A DNA stretch of 64,000 nucleotides from a virus (Duplodnaviria > Heunggongvirae > Uroviricota > Caudoviricetes). Below are positions 1 through 9,500 of this stretch, in pieces. A model generated the notes under the pieces. It was given only the letters and a program-made list of their open reading frames with translations. It was not told the DNA's origin and did no database searches. Within the stretch, counting starts at the first letter, position 1. Every line of letters starts with the position of its first letter. The translations under genes and the position numbers were made by a program. Location of the stretch: IMG/VR virus record IMGVR_UViG_3300028591_000140. One strand, given 5' to 3'.

Positions 1-8
1 ATGCGTGA

Positions 9-41
9 GGGGGGTGTATTTTTGACACCCCTCCCCCATGT
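9..41. repeat. Perfect palindrome GAGGGGGGTGT-ATTTTTG-ACACCCCTCCCC (11-bp GC-rich stem, 7-nt loop)
   Basis: Read directly from sequence; no U-run follows on either strand, so it is not a classic terminator. Confidence 0.5.
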
Positions 42-483
42 CTTCATAGCCTCAAATGGGCTATCCATTTCTGATATTTTAGTGAAAAGCGACGGAATTA
101 AGCATGAAATCAACATAAAATGAATGATTATTGTCATAAAACAGTCCATTTCAATAGTAGTATACCCAACTATAGGTATTCATCATGCTTTAAGCTTTTC
201 TAAATCAAGCAGGCTTCTTAACTTTCTTATAGTTTCCTGTAAGATTGAACTTAAGAATTTCGTCAATTGCTTGATTGACTGCAAAGTTTTGGTCGCTTGG
301 AGACAGATCCGAAGAGTCCTTGGCAATTCTGGCAAGGTAACCACAAGTGTGATAGCCATGCTGTTCATCAAAGGCAAACCAATCATCGAATTGCGTAAAA
401 GGATCATAAGGATTGTCAGTAGTTGTGAGTGCATAAATTTCGTCCATAAAGGTTCCCTCATTCATGTGAAGTCAATCCGATGG

Positions 484-1087
484 CTCAAATATCTTATACT
501 TGTCCATGAACATAGCTTCATAAGGTGTATAGAAGGGAACAGATACTTGAAAAGCTGCTTAAAGAGGGTGGGGTATGGTATTTGATTAAGCCTCATGGGG
601 ATGGCTGAGCTGACGGGACCAAGAACGTCTTATCGGTAGAGCAAGACAAGAAGTGCTTGAAAACCTAGACAAGTCAGGCAAATACTTGTCCATTCTCAAA
701 GTTGAGCGCTCCATATGTCATATAGGGGATGGTATGGGTATGCTCTCTAAATATCTTATAGATACATACTTTGTTCACTCAGCAGTAAAGGGGCCACAAA
801 AGTAGCCAAAGAGGCAGGGTCTAAATATCTTATGTCCCACCGGAGTAACTTGACAGAATCCAGGCAATGAATCTATGTCAGAGAGGCATCACACGTATTT
901 GGAGGACCAGAACTCTGTAGTTACTCGAGGAGTGAGGCTCTCTAAAAAGCCTTCCAAATATCTTATTCCCTTCGAGCCTATATAGAGTCTCTATAAGCTT
1001 CTCTCAGGAAGCCTTTATACAGAGGCTCAGAGGCCGATTGATAATCCCTATTGATAAGTGCCTCAGGAAGAACACTAAATATCTTAT
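484..1087. repeat. Non-coding array of 5 direct repeats with core CTNAATATCTTAT (484-498, 745-760, 821-833, 955-967, 1075-1087); candidate iterons or protein-binding sites
   Basis: Repeated 13-mer at 75-130 bp spacing in a region without credible ORFs. Weaker copies of AATATCTT occur inside the adjacent 901-aa gene (about 1678, 1817, 2436, 3060). Confidence 0.6.
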
Positions 1088-1093
1088 TGATGT

Positions 1094-3799
1094 TTAGTCG
1101 TTGATCTCACGATTCAGAGTTGAAACGGACACGCCAAGAGTGTCAGCCACTTCCGCATAGGTATAGCCTTTGCTAAGAAGAGTCTTTGCTCTTGCGACAG
1201 AAGCAGCACTCAGTGTTTTACTTGCACGAGGAGTTGCTCTTGCCTTCAAATCGTCGATATTTGTGAATCGGAGAATATCCATCAGCATATTGTCGCTGAT
1301 AGCACCAGCTTGAATGGCTGTCCATTCACGATCGCTAATTGATATTGCGATGTTATCCGGATTGTTCGGATTTCTGCTTCTGGTGCCAACAGCTTGACGG
1401 GCTCTGGCAATTTCCTGAGAGCGAATCTTTTTCTTATCGTCTTTATCGAGATTCGGGTTTGCATTGATACGAGCCGAACTCTTAACGCTCGCAATCAATT
1501 GAGCCTGACGCTCAAGAGGCGAATTTTTCTTTGCAATATTCAGTTTAGCAAGCAAAGACGCTCTTTCATTTGCATAAGCTTCTTTGGCAGAAGCATTCTG
1601 CTGAAGACGGCCAGTTCGGATCTGTTCCTTTCTGGCAGCATTACCAAGCGCCTTAAGCTTGTTGGCGTGTTCAGCGTAAATATCTTCTATGATGGTACCG
1701 GAAGAAAGATCATAAGCATTACCGCCGCGATTAAATGTTTCGGTCATCTTATCGCTCTTGATGGTCTTAGGCTCGTAGCTTCCATCTTTCTTCTTTGACA
1801 TCTTGCCAGTATTCCTAAATATCTTTTGGCCAGACAGGTAAAGCTGTTGCTCTTCCGGAGTCATTTTACTTAAGCTCCGAACTTCAGTTCTGTCAGGGAC
1901 ATACTCAGGAGACTTGGCTCTGGATATCAAGGTAGAAGCACCGCCATTGGCTTTGCCCTGATACTTTTTATTCAGCTCTTTGATGCCGTTATCCTTTTCG
2001 GATGCTCTCCAGTCAAGATTGTGCTTTTCAGCATCAATCACGACCATGGAGTGTTTAACGGCACGAGCAATTTCTTGCTCAGTAGCATTTCGAATCGTCA
2101 TATCGGTAATCAGATTCGAAACCTTCCCCATTTGCATCTGCTTATGGAATCCAGTCTCAGGACCGGTTTTCGGCATACCTTCATAAGCAGAATATCTTGT
2201 CTTGGGATCGAAGCCTTCCAGATCCTCGAGATATTTGGCAGTACGGATCTTGACACCCTTTGTCGGAATGACAGTTACCGTATCGCCATCAAAGTCTGCG
2301 CCGGAAAGCTGAGCGGCAACATGTGAATTGATGCCGACCGCGGTTTTGGCATTACCGAGAAGTCTTCGGCCTTCCTCATTATTGTTATTTACACGCAAAC
2401 GAGGCATCTCGAAAGGACCGGCGTGAGGATATCTTATTAGAACAACCTCTTCGCCATTTTCATAGTTCGGAGCATAGATCTCCGTGTCCTTAAGAGAACC
2501 GATCGGAAGAATGACGTGTGCAGCCTGACGAGGAAGAGCCGCAGCTTTCAGATGAATAGCGGCAGAATCGCAATCATCAGCAAAAGACTCAAGAAGCTTG
2601 CGCTTAATCGTCGGGTTTGTGAGAGCACAGATTTCATCGAATTCCTGTTTCTTCTCTTTGTAGGTAATATCAAGTTGCTTTTTGGCAAGCTGAGGCGGCT
2701 GCTTGGATAGAAACTGAGAGGCCAGATTCTTAGACCATTTCTGCCAGTCCTCATCCTCATTGACAATGTTGAGAGCTCCGCGCTGATCCTTAATAGATGC
2801 GCCGAAGGGATTCTCAGGATCATCCTTCATCTTCTTCAGAACATCCATCTTCGGAGTGCCTCTTGGTTTGTTGGTATTAAATATAATGTCAACCCCATCC
2901 GGCATCTCTTTCGGATCGCCATACATTGCCATGCCTTTTAGGTAGTGGGTTCCATCGACAGCGATACGAACTTGAGCATATCGACTTGCACCAATGTTCA
3001 GATCGGAAACTCCTTCACGAATCTCAATGACGCCGTCTTTGTCAATGCCACCATCTTCAGAATATCTTATTTTGACACGGTCAGAATCAATACTCTGAGG
3101 GGTTTGCATCTTCTTGACATAGTCACCATAGTCCTCAAACTTAACACCTTCGGGAGAAGAAATCTGATCACGATTCTTATAAACTTCTTCGTAAGGAACA
3201 TCGCCCTTTGTCAGAACGACAACATTGGTTTTCTGAGTCGGATCAGATGCTTGAGGGACTGAGATTCGATGGTACTTGTAGCCTTCCTGTTTCAGAAGCT
3301 CGGTAGCTGCTTTAAGCTGTTCTTTGCTCACATTGAGCTGAATGTTAACGCCTTCGCCAACATCCAAATATTTTCTCTTTTCAACCTGCTCTTTCAGCTC
3401 ATCAGCCAGAATCGTTGCACGATCCCGACGGACTTGAAACTCAGGCTTGAGATAGTTTCGAACAGTCGATTCAGGAATGCCAAGCTCTTTGGAGATAGCT
3501 GTTTTTGAATTACCGGCATCATAAAGAGTCTGCACACGACGGATCATATCCTTCTTCTGTTCATTAACAGCAAGAGTGTGCATAGCTCGATATTGACCGG
3601 TGCTCATCTTGAAAGCCTCAGCAATCTGTTTGTCAGTAAGACCTTGTTTCTTCAGATCATTAGCTCTCGAAAGAAAGTTTCGGTTTCTCTGAGGATTCTT
3701 ACCTGAACCCCATGGGTATCTGCCGGAATGGCGAGGAGTGCCATAATGCGAAGCATCTCTGTCAGAGTCCGGAAAATATCCAGAGTAACTCTTTTCCAT
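1094..3799 (-). CDS. 901-aa protein with beta-prime-like DPBB catalytic signature (RYPHAGP ... GADFDGDTVTV, compare NADFDGD of RNAP beta-prime). Candidate YonO-like or crAss-gp66-like single-subunit non-canonical RNA polymerase. Several HTH-like segments. N-terminus carries the shared HYG..GRYPWGSG motif
   Basis: SD AAGGAGCG 7 nt upstream of ATG. Motif spacing (R-x-P-x-x-H, about 32 aa, ADFDGD) mirrors bacterial and archaeal beta-prime. A TOPRIM (FDGD) primase is the less likely alternative. Confidence 0.45.
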   Translation of the reverse strand: MEKSYSGYFPDSDRDASHYGTPRHSGRYPWGSGKNPQRNRNFLSRANDLKKQGLTDKQIAEAFKMSTGQYRAMHTLAVNEQKKDMIRRVQTLYDAGNSKTAISKELGIPESTVRNYLKPEFQVRRDRATILADELKEQVEKRKYLDVGEGVNIQLNVSKEQLKAATELLKQEGYKYHRISVPQASDPTQKTNVVVLTKGDVPYEEVYKNRDQISSPEGVKFEDYGDYVKKMQTPQSIDSDRVKIRYSEDGGIDKDGVIEIREGVSDLNIGASRYAQVRIAVDGTHYLKGMAMYGDPKEMPDGVDIIFNTNKPRGTPKMDVLKKMKDDPENPFGASIKDQRGALNIVNEDEDWQKWSKNLASQFLSKQPPQLAKKQLDITYKEKKQEFDEICALTNPTIKRKLLESFADDCDSAAIHLKAAALPRQAAHVILPIGSLKDTEIYAPNYENGEEVVLIRYPHAGPFEMPRLRVNNNNEEGRRLLGNAKTAVGINSHVAAQLSGADFDGDTVTVIPTKGVKIRTAKYLEDLEGFDPKTRYSAYEGMPKTGPETGFHKQMQMGKVSNLITDMTIRNATEQEIARAVKHSMVVIDAEKHNLDWRASEKDNGIKELNKKYQGKANGGASTLISRAKSPEYVPDRTEVRSLSKMTPEEQQLYLSGQKIFRNTGKMSKKKDGSYEPKTIKSDKMTETFNRGGNAYDLSSGTIIEDIYAEHANKLKALGNAARKEQIRTGRLQQNASAKEAYANERASLLAKLNIAKKNSPLERQAQLIASVKSSARINANPNLDKDDKKKIRSQEIARARQAVGTRSRNPNNPDNIAISISDREWTAIQAGAISDNMLMDILRFTNIDDLKARATPRASKTLSAASVARAKTLLSKGYTYAEVADTLGVSVSTLNREIND

Positions 3800-3802
3800 A
3801 AT

Positions 3803-4360
3803 TTACGCTCCTTCATCCTGAACCTGAGACAGCCGCTTATCAAAGAAGATGATCTTCTCCATGATTGCCAGAATATCCACTGGGTCCGGATTAAACACAT
3901 TGACTTCGTCTGATTGGTAAATTCTCAACTCAATATCAATCTTGTTGGGATCGACACCATACTCCAGACAAAAGAGTGCAGCGTAGATCATTAACTGCTC
4001 CATATGAGCAGGCATGGCACCAGTTTTCAAATCGTGAATTCTCAGAATGTCGTTTCGAAAGCAAATAGCATCTGCTGTGCCAAAACAATTTTCTGAATAA
4101 TATAAAGGCTGTTCTGGTGTCATTTGAAAACCTATTGCATCGTTTACATACATGTTCAAGGTTTTCTTGGATTTCGGAAGCTTGATACCAAGCTCAATAG
4201 CTCGACGAGCGAAATCATGCAGCTCAGTTCCTCGTTGAGTTGCCAATGCATTACGAAATGCGGATATCAATTTCTCTTCATCATAGTTGAGCCAGTGATA
4301 CTTGGAAGCGCTTAGAAAAGCATGTCTTCCTTCAAGATTTGAATGCCGATTGAAGATCAT
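3803..4360 (-). CDS. PD-(D/E)xK nuclease (RecB/Cas4/YqaJ-like exonuclease)
   Basis: Motifs GTADAICF ... IHDLKTG ... QLMIYA match the D / ExK / Y pattern of RecB-family nucleases. Confidence 0.55.
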   Translation of the reverse strand: MIFNRHSNLEGRHAFLSASKYHWLNYDEEKLISAFRNALATQRGTELHDFARRAIELGIKLPKSKKTLNMYVNDAIGFQMTPEQPLYYSENCFGTADAICFRNDILRIHDLKTGAMPAHMEQLMIYAALFCLEYGVDPNKIDIELRIYQSDEVNVFNPDPVDILAIMEKIIFFDKRLSQVQDEGA

Positions 4361-4631
4361 TTAATACCTCCGCTCTGTTTTCGGGGTAAATAAAACGAGC
4401 AAAGGACATTTTGTCTCCTTGCTCGATGTAGTGATCCTGATTCGGTTGATGCTTTTCATGGGCTGATTTCTTGCATTCAAGTAATGCCCAATGTTTTCCA
4501 TAAAGGACTGTAAGGTCAGGAATTCCCTGAATGTAATTCGGATCATTCTTAAAAACCATACAACCTGGAAAGCGTGCCTTAATCTCCTTAATCAGTTCAC
4601 TTTGAAACCGGTTTTCTTTCAAATTTGCCAC
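4332..4631 (-). CDS. VRR-NUC domain nuclease
   Basis: GIPDLTVLYGKHWALLECK fits the VRR-NUC PD-(D/E)xK core; about 100 aa is typical for phage VRR-NUC proteins. Confidence 0.55.
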   Translation of the reverse strand: MANLKENRFQSELIKEIKARFPGCMVFKNDPNYIQGIPDLTVLYGKHWALLECKKSAHEKHQPNQDHYIEQGDKMSFARFIYPENRAEVLNDLQSAFKS

Positions 4632-4696
4632 ACTCCTAAAAGGTCAAGGAAATGCGATATCTCCTCTATTATAAGGAATGTATTTCTTGCGAATTT

Positions 4697-5941
4697 CTAC
4701 TTCGAAAGAAAACGACTCTCATTGAAGTTTTTCTTTTGCTGAAGTGCTCTTGCGATGGCTAAATCCAAGGGACAACTTGATTTCAGTCGGTAATAATATA
4801 AATCCGTAAATGGAGTGTTCATTCGATCTATGCGACCGGCAGATTGAACCATGACTTTGTAGGAGTAATTGAGAGAATAGAAAATAATTGTGTCAGTCTC
4901 GATACAGTTCCAACCTTCAGCACCCGCAAAGTATTGAACAAGGTATACCCATTTGTCAGCAATGGGAATTGGCTCGTGCTTTTGACCATTCCACTCCGCA
5001 ACTTTAACATCATCACCATAAGGAAGACTGCGGAGAATATCCAGCTCGTAGTTGTAGTTATAGAAGATGATTGTTTTTGGATGAGTCTTTCTTAACTCAA
5101 GAATGGCATCTCCACGACTCGGGTCAGAGTTGATCGCCTTCCTGGCCACATAGCACAACTCAACCGCATTAGCTATTGGAATATCTTGATAGATGTCCCA
5201 CCTGGTTGCCATGATCCGTTTATAGAGCTCTCGATCATACTTGACAGATACCGTTTCATGATGAGCTGTTGTTGGCCGTGTGTAATCCATGTTTACAAGA
5301 ATCTTCTCACGAAGTCGCCAAAGTCGCCCTTGTTCCAAATATCTATCTACTTGAGGAAACTTGGCGAAACGCTTATACACTACATGCTGTCGGATGAAAT
5401 CGGTCTTGTTTCGATAGAAACCATTTGCCACAAAGACCGGCATGTAGTCCATCCAAGTGTCACCTGGAGTAGCACTCAACAATATCCAGTGATTTGCCGC
5501 TGAAATCTTCCAAAAGGATTTTGTCCATTCACCGGTTCCTACAACTCGCTGTTCGTCAAATATAAAGAACGCATTCTGAACAGTTACATACTTTTTGATG
5601 TTATTCCATGAATCGACATGGACCTCCATAAGACCATGGTAGATCGAATCCTCATCACCAGATATCAAGAACGGAATCAATTCTTTTTCCCATTCTTTTG
5701 TATCCCGTTTCCGAGCGGTTGTGATGATGTACAGGCTTTTAGGATGAGCCATTGGTACATAGTCATCATCAAAACCATGAAGAGTCCCATCCAGCATTCC
5801 GTCGCATTCTTTGCAAAAATAATAGGCAATTGCGGTTCTGGACTTTCCAGAGCCAACCTTGCCACAAAGGATTGAGCCGTTTCTCAATCTCTCAATTGCA
5901 TCCCATTGGTAGTCATAGAGTGCGACCAATCTATTTTCCAC
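4697..5941 (-). CDS. Superfamily-2 DNA helicase (DEAD/DExH-like)
   Basis: Walker A GKVGSGKS, motif II FDEQ, motif III LLSATPGDTW, helicase-C-like C-terminus. Confidence 0.6.
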   Translation of the reverse strand: MENRLVALYDYQWDAIERLRNGSILCGKVGSGKSRTAIAYYFCKECDGMLDGTLHGFDDDYVPMAHPKSLYIITTARKRDTKEWEKELIPFLISGDEDSIYHGLMEVHVDSWNNIKKYVTVQNAFFIFDEQRVVGTGEWTKSFWKISAANHWILLSATPGDTWMDYMPVFVANGFYRNKTDFIRQHVVYKRFAKFPQVDRYLEQGRLWRLREKILVNMDYTRPTTAHHETVSVKYDRELYKRIMATRWDIYQDIPIANAVELCYVARKAINSDPSRGDAILELRKTHPKTIIFYNYNYELDILRSLPYGDDVKVAEWNGQKHEPIPIADKWVYLVQYFAGAEGWNCIETDTIIFYSLNYSYKVMVQSAGRIDRMNTPFTDLYYYRLKSSCPLDLAIARALQQKKNFNESRFLSK

Positions 5942-6001
5942 CTCCGCAAAATATCAAAAAAGGAGCCACCCTTATAAAAGAGCAGCTCCTTGTCAGTCAT
6001 A

Positions 6002-6490
6002 TCAGAACGGGAGATCCTCACCGATATCTTCCTCATCGAGATTCCGATACTTCTTCTCGAACTCATTCTCAGCGATGGTGACATACATGTTCTTGACATA
6101 TGCCTTCACACCACTCTTGCCATTGACCTCCCAAACATAGGGACGGACGATGACATCTACGTTTTCGATCTCGGCATAATCCAGAACTGAAATGGTATCC
6201 TCAGTCAGTTCGGTCTTCTTGCCTCCGGTAATCAGCCAAATCTTCGGCGGGAAGTTGTCAAAGGCAACGGCAACCTGAAGGTATGCCTGTGGAACATCAT
6301 CAGGATCACGCGGAGAGAGATACTTAATGTTCCAGCCAATATCTTTCAGGTCCTCGGCAACATCATTGTCAAGAACCAGGCAGAAGTTTCTCTTTCCCTT
6401 TGCATTGAACTTGCTCTCCTTGCCAGCAAAATTGCGGAAGATGATTCTCGCATTCTCCACCGAAATATTAGGAATTCTCTGATTAGCCAT
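6002..6490 (-). CDS. Probable single-stranded DNA-binding protein (phage SSB-like)
   Basis: Acidic C-terminal tail ending EEDIGEDLPF, like the SSB DDDIPF tip; sits between the helicase and the polymerase. Confidence 0.45.
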   Translation of the reverse strand: MANQRIPNISVENARIIFRNFAGKESKFNAKGKRNFCLVLDNDVAEDLKDIGWNIKYLSPRDPDDVPQAYLQVAVAFDNFPPKIWLITGGKKTELTEDTISVLDYAEIENVDVIVRPYVWEVNGKSGVKAYVKNMYVTIAENEFEKKYRNLDEEDIGEDLPF

Positions 6491-6526
6491 TTGTATAGAC
6501 TCCTTTCAAAATATAAATGACAACAA

Positions 6527-9500
6527 TTAAGAGGCGAAAGCCTCAAAGTCTCCATAAGCGGAGATTGAAGTAATCGCCTCATCGACCATGGCCGCATAGT
6601 ATCTGCGGTCAATATCTTTTTCTTTACCGAGAGTTCGAACAATCTCGGCTTCCAGCCAACGATAGCCTTTGGTTCCCGTAGCGGCTGCATACTTTCCGTT
6701 CTTCTCTCTCAGAAGAACACCGCCGCCACAGTCAGGCATGACAGGACAAAAAGACCCAGCCTTACCTACGAAGTGATAGTCATGACCCTTAGCAATCTCC
6801 TCATCCAAGCGCCAATGCTCACGGACCAAATCATTTGAACGTTGAATGGTCTCAATATCAATGCCAGTTTCATCGACATCTCGAGATCCAATGACCTTTA
6901 AGTTCTGTTGCCAGTTCTTACCCCAAATATCCATAAGCTCCCGCTCAACTTTGACCAACTGTTTCTCAAAACCGCTTACATCGGGCAGACTTTCATTCAT
7001 GTCCAAATATAAAGCAGAGGTTACAGTCTTGGTTTCGCACATGTCTCTGAACTTAATCGGAGACTGGCTAAACAGAGTCTTGAATACATACGGAACCTGA
7101 AACTGAGTGCCAGTTGCAGTCCACGGGGTCATGATCTTCTCGCCGGTCGAAAGCTCAAACTCATGAGGACCGTCATTGTACTTAGCAATATATACAGCAT
7201 CGTTCACAAGGCACATCTTCTCATAGGTTGCCTCATGCTCAAAAGTATAGCCATACTCCTTGCCATACTTCATAACGAAGTCAATAATTTCCGGAGTAGC
7301 ATCCGGAATCTTTATGGAGTCCGTCTTAATATGAGCAACAGTATAGCCAAGTTCCTGAACCTTATGCTTCAGATTAATCATAAATAGAGCGCCACGCTTG
7401 GCAACAATGTTGTCTACATTACGTGGATCCCTAAAGGGATTCTCAAAGTTAGCCGAAGTCAACCCGTAGACGCTGTTAATGGCTATCTTAAGAGCATAGG
7501 ACAAAGCTTTCGCCTGTTCGTTACTGGTCAGGTATTTGGCAAGCTTTCCATTGAACATTTTGCCTGCGGCCTCGAAATCTTTATGCTTAATATAAATTCG
7601 CGCCTGCTTGATGTCGCTGAAATTCTGAGTGTAAGGCCCAAACAGATTCAGGCATTCAATGCTTGTCGGGTGCATAGATGCAATATCCAGCAAAGCAACA
7701 TTGGAGTAGATGCCAGGCTCTGAATAGACATAACCACCTTCACCGGTTTCTTCGCCCCAGTACGTACTCTTACCATTCTCAAACTTATACCCGGGAAACA
7801 TTTCCGACAGATCAGTATAGTTAAACTGAGACTGAGGCTTCTTCTCAGAACCGAATATAATTCTGGTTGTGTGCATGTTAGTTGTGGCATTCACATTCAA
7901 ACCAGAAATGTCTGCCAGAATCTCTCTTGCTATAAAGTCTGCCTGACGGGCATTGAAAACTGCTTCACATGCGATTACATCGTTATCACAGTATTCGGCA
8001 ACCTTCTCCCAGAGTTCTTCCGGAACAGGCTGATCCCAAGGAAGGCCAAGCTCCTGATGGTGAATATCAAGCTCGATCTCCCATTTCTTCAGGCTCTGTT
8101 TCTTTGCACAGAAGTCATAAACATCCGTATATGAAACGTCATAAGCTTCTCCAAACAAGGCATTTGGACTGCCATTAACAATCCTTTGAGAAAGTTCATA
8201 GATCTGCTCGACAGAATATCCAATCATTCTGGCATACAGAATGTGGTTATCGTATCTCCGGCAGTTAAACCCGACCAGTTTAAGACGAAGAAGATTCTCA
8301 ATCTCATTCGGACTGGGATTGATCATACGAACTACCGGATTTCCTTCTCCAGCTTTCTTCCAGTTAACCAGAAGCAGATTTGGGAAAACTTCAACGTCGA
8401 AGAATATAATGACATCGTCATCCGGCTCCATAGATTCGGAAGGATCCTCGGACTTAAACTGCATCTCATTCACCATCTTGATGCAGTCGGTAGCATGATG
8501 AGAGCTCTTAGCCGCGAATGTCAAAATATAAGGACGAAGATCCGTCACATCATAGTGCATTCCGCTTTCATAAGCATCATTCAGAATCTTTAAAATAAAT
8601 TGACAGCTTGTGACAGTAGCATGCGGAGCATACTCTTTCGCCAAGCTGCGCTTTATAATTGTTCTGATTGCTTTTTCATTCTTGATAGAGTCAAAGTTAA
8701 CCATCTTTGTCTCCACCTTAAACGGAAGACCCGACGATATCGTGCCAATCGGGTTTGACGTGCACTGGGTGAGCTTTCTTCGCAGCGAGCTTTTTCCAGT
8801 GAACACCTTCACCTCGATCCCGTCTTCGTAAATCCGGCTTAATCTGTCCGGGTCTCCTCCCGTATAAATATAATGCAGATGAATCCCTTGACCGGACTTG
8901 CTCAGTTCGGCATAAGTCGGTGGCCAATGAGATGCTGCCTCGATATTCTTTTCTAATGACTTTTCACCGCTTTCATCTTTTAGATCGAAGTCAATTACAA
9001 TGTGGTTCTCAGGCACTCGGACATAATGGAGCTTACTTGTGTCAAGCTTTCCAAGTACAGTCTTAACCTCATCCCACTTTTTCCAAGGCCCCTCGGTGTC
9101 CTCTCGAGCATATTGAGCTGGTGCATCCGCCATCTGAATATCAAACACCGATTTCTGGTCTGCAAAGTGAAGCCAATTTCCATCTTCAGCCACAGATTCA
9201 GAGGAAGCTTCATCGGAGGATCCATCTCCATCAGTTCCGGAAATATCATGCTTCTCTTCCTCCATTCCAAACTTGCTTAGTTTTAAGCCTTGGTAATAAT
9301 TCCAGACTTGGTTTCCAGCACTGTCTCTTGTCCGCTCATGGAATTCGTGAAAATAGTTTCTCAGCTCAGTCTTAAATAACCTCTTGCTATATGGATATGG
9401 AACTTTTGCCTCATCGCAAAACTCTTTGTATTTAGACCAAGCTTGCTGAAGAGTGACGCCCTCTCTAAACTCCACAAAATTCTCTTCCATGAAATTATAG

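Noticed and set aside
1094-3799. Terminase small or large subunit assignment for the 901-aa protein (based on multiple HTH segments and position next to the terminal repeats)
   Set aside because: No Walker A/B ATPase or RNase-H-like nuclease motifs of large terminases. The ADFDGD DPBB-like signature points instead to a polymerase or primase-type catalytic centre.
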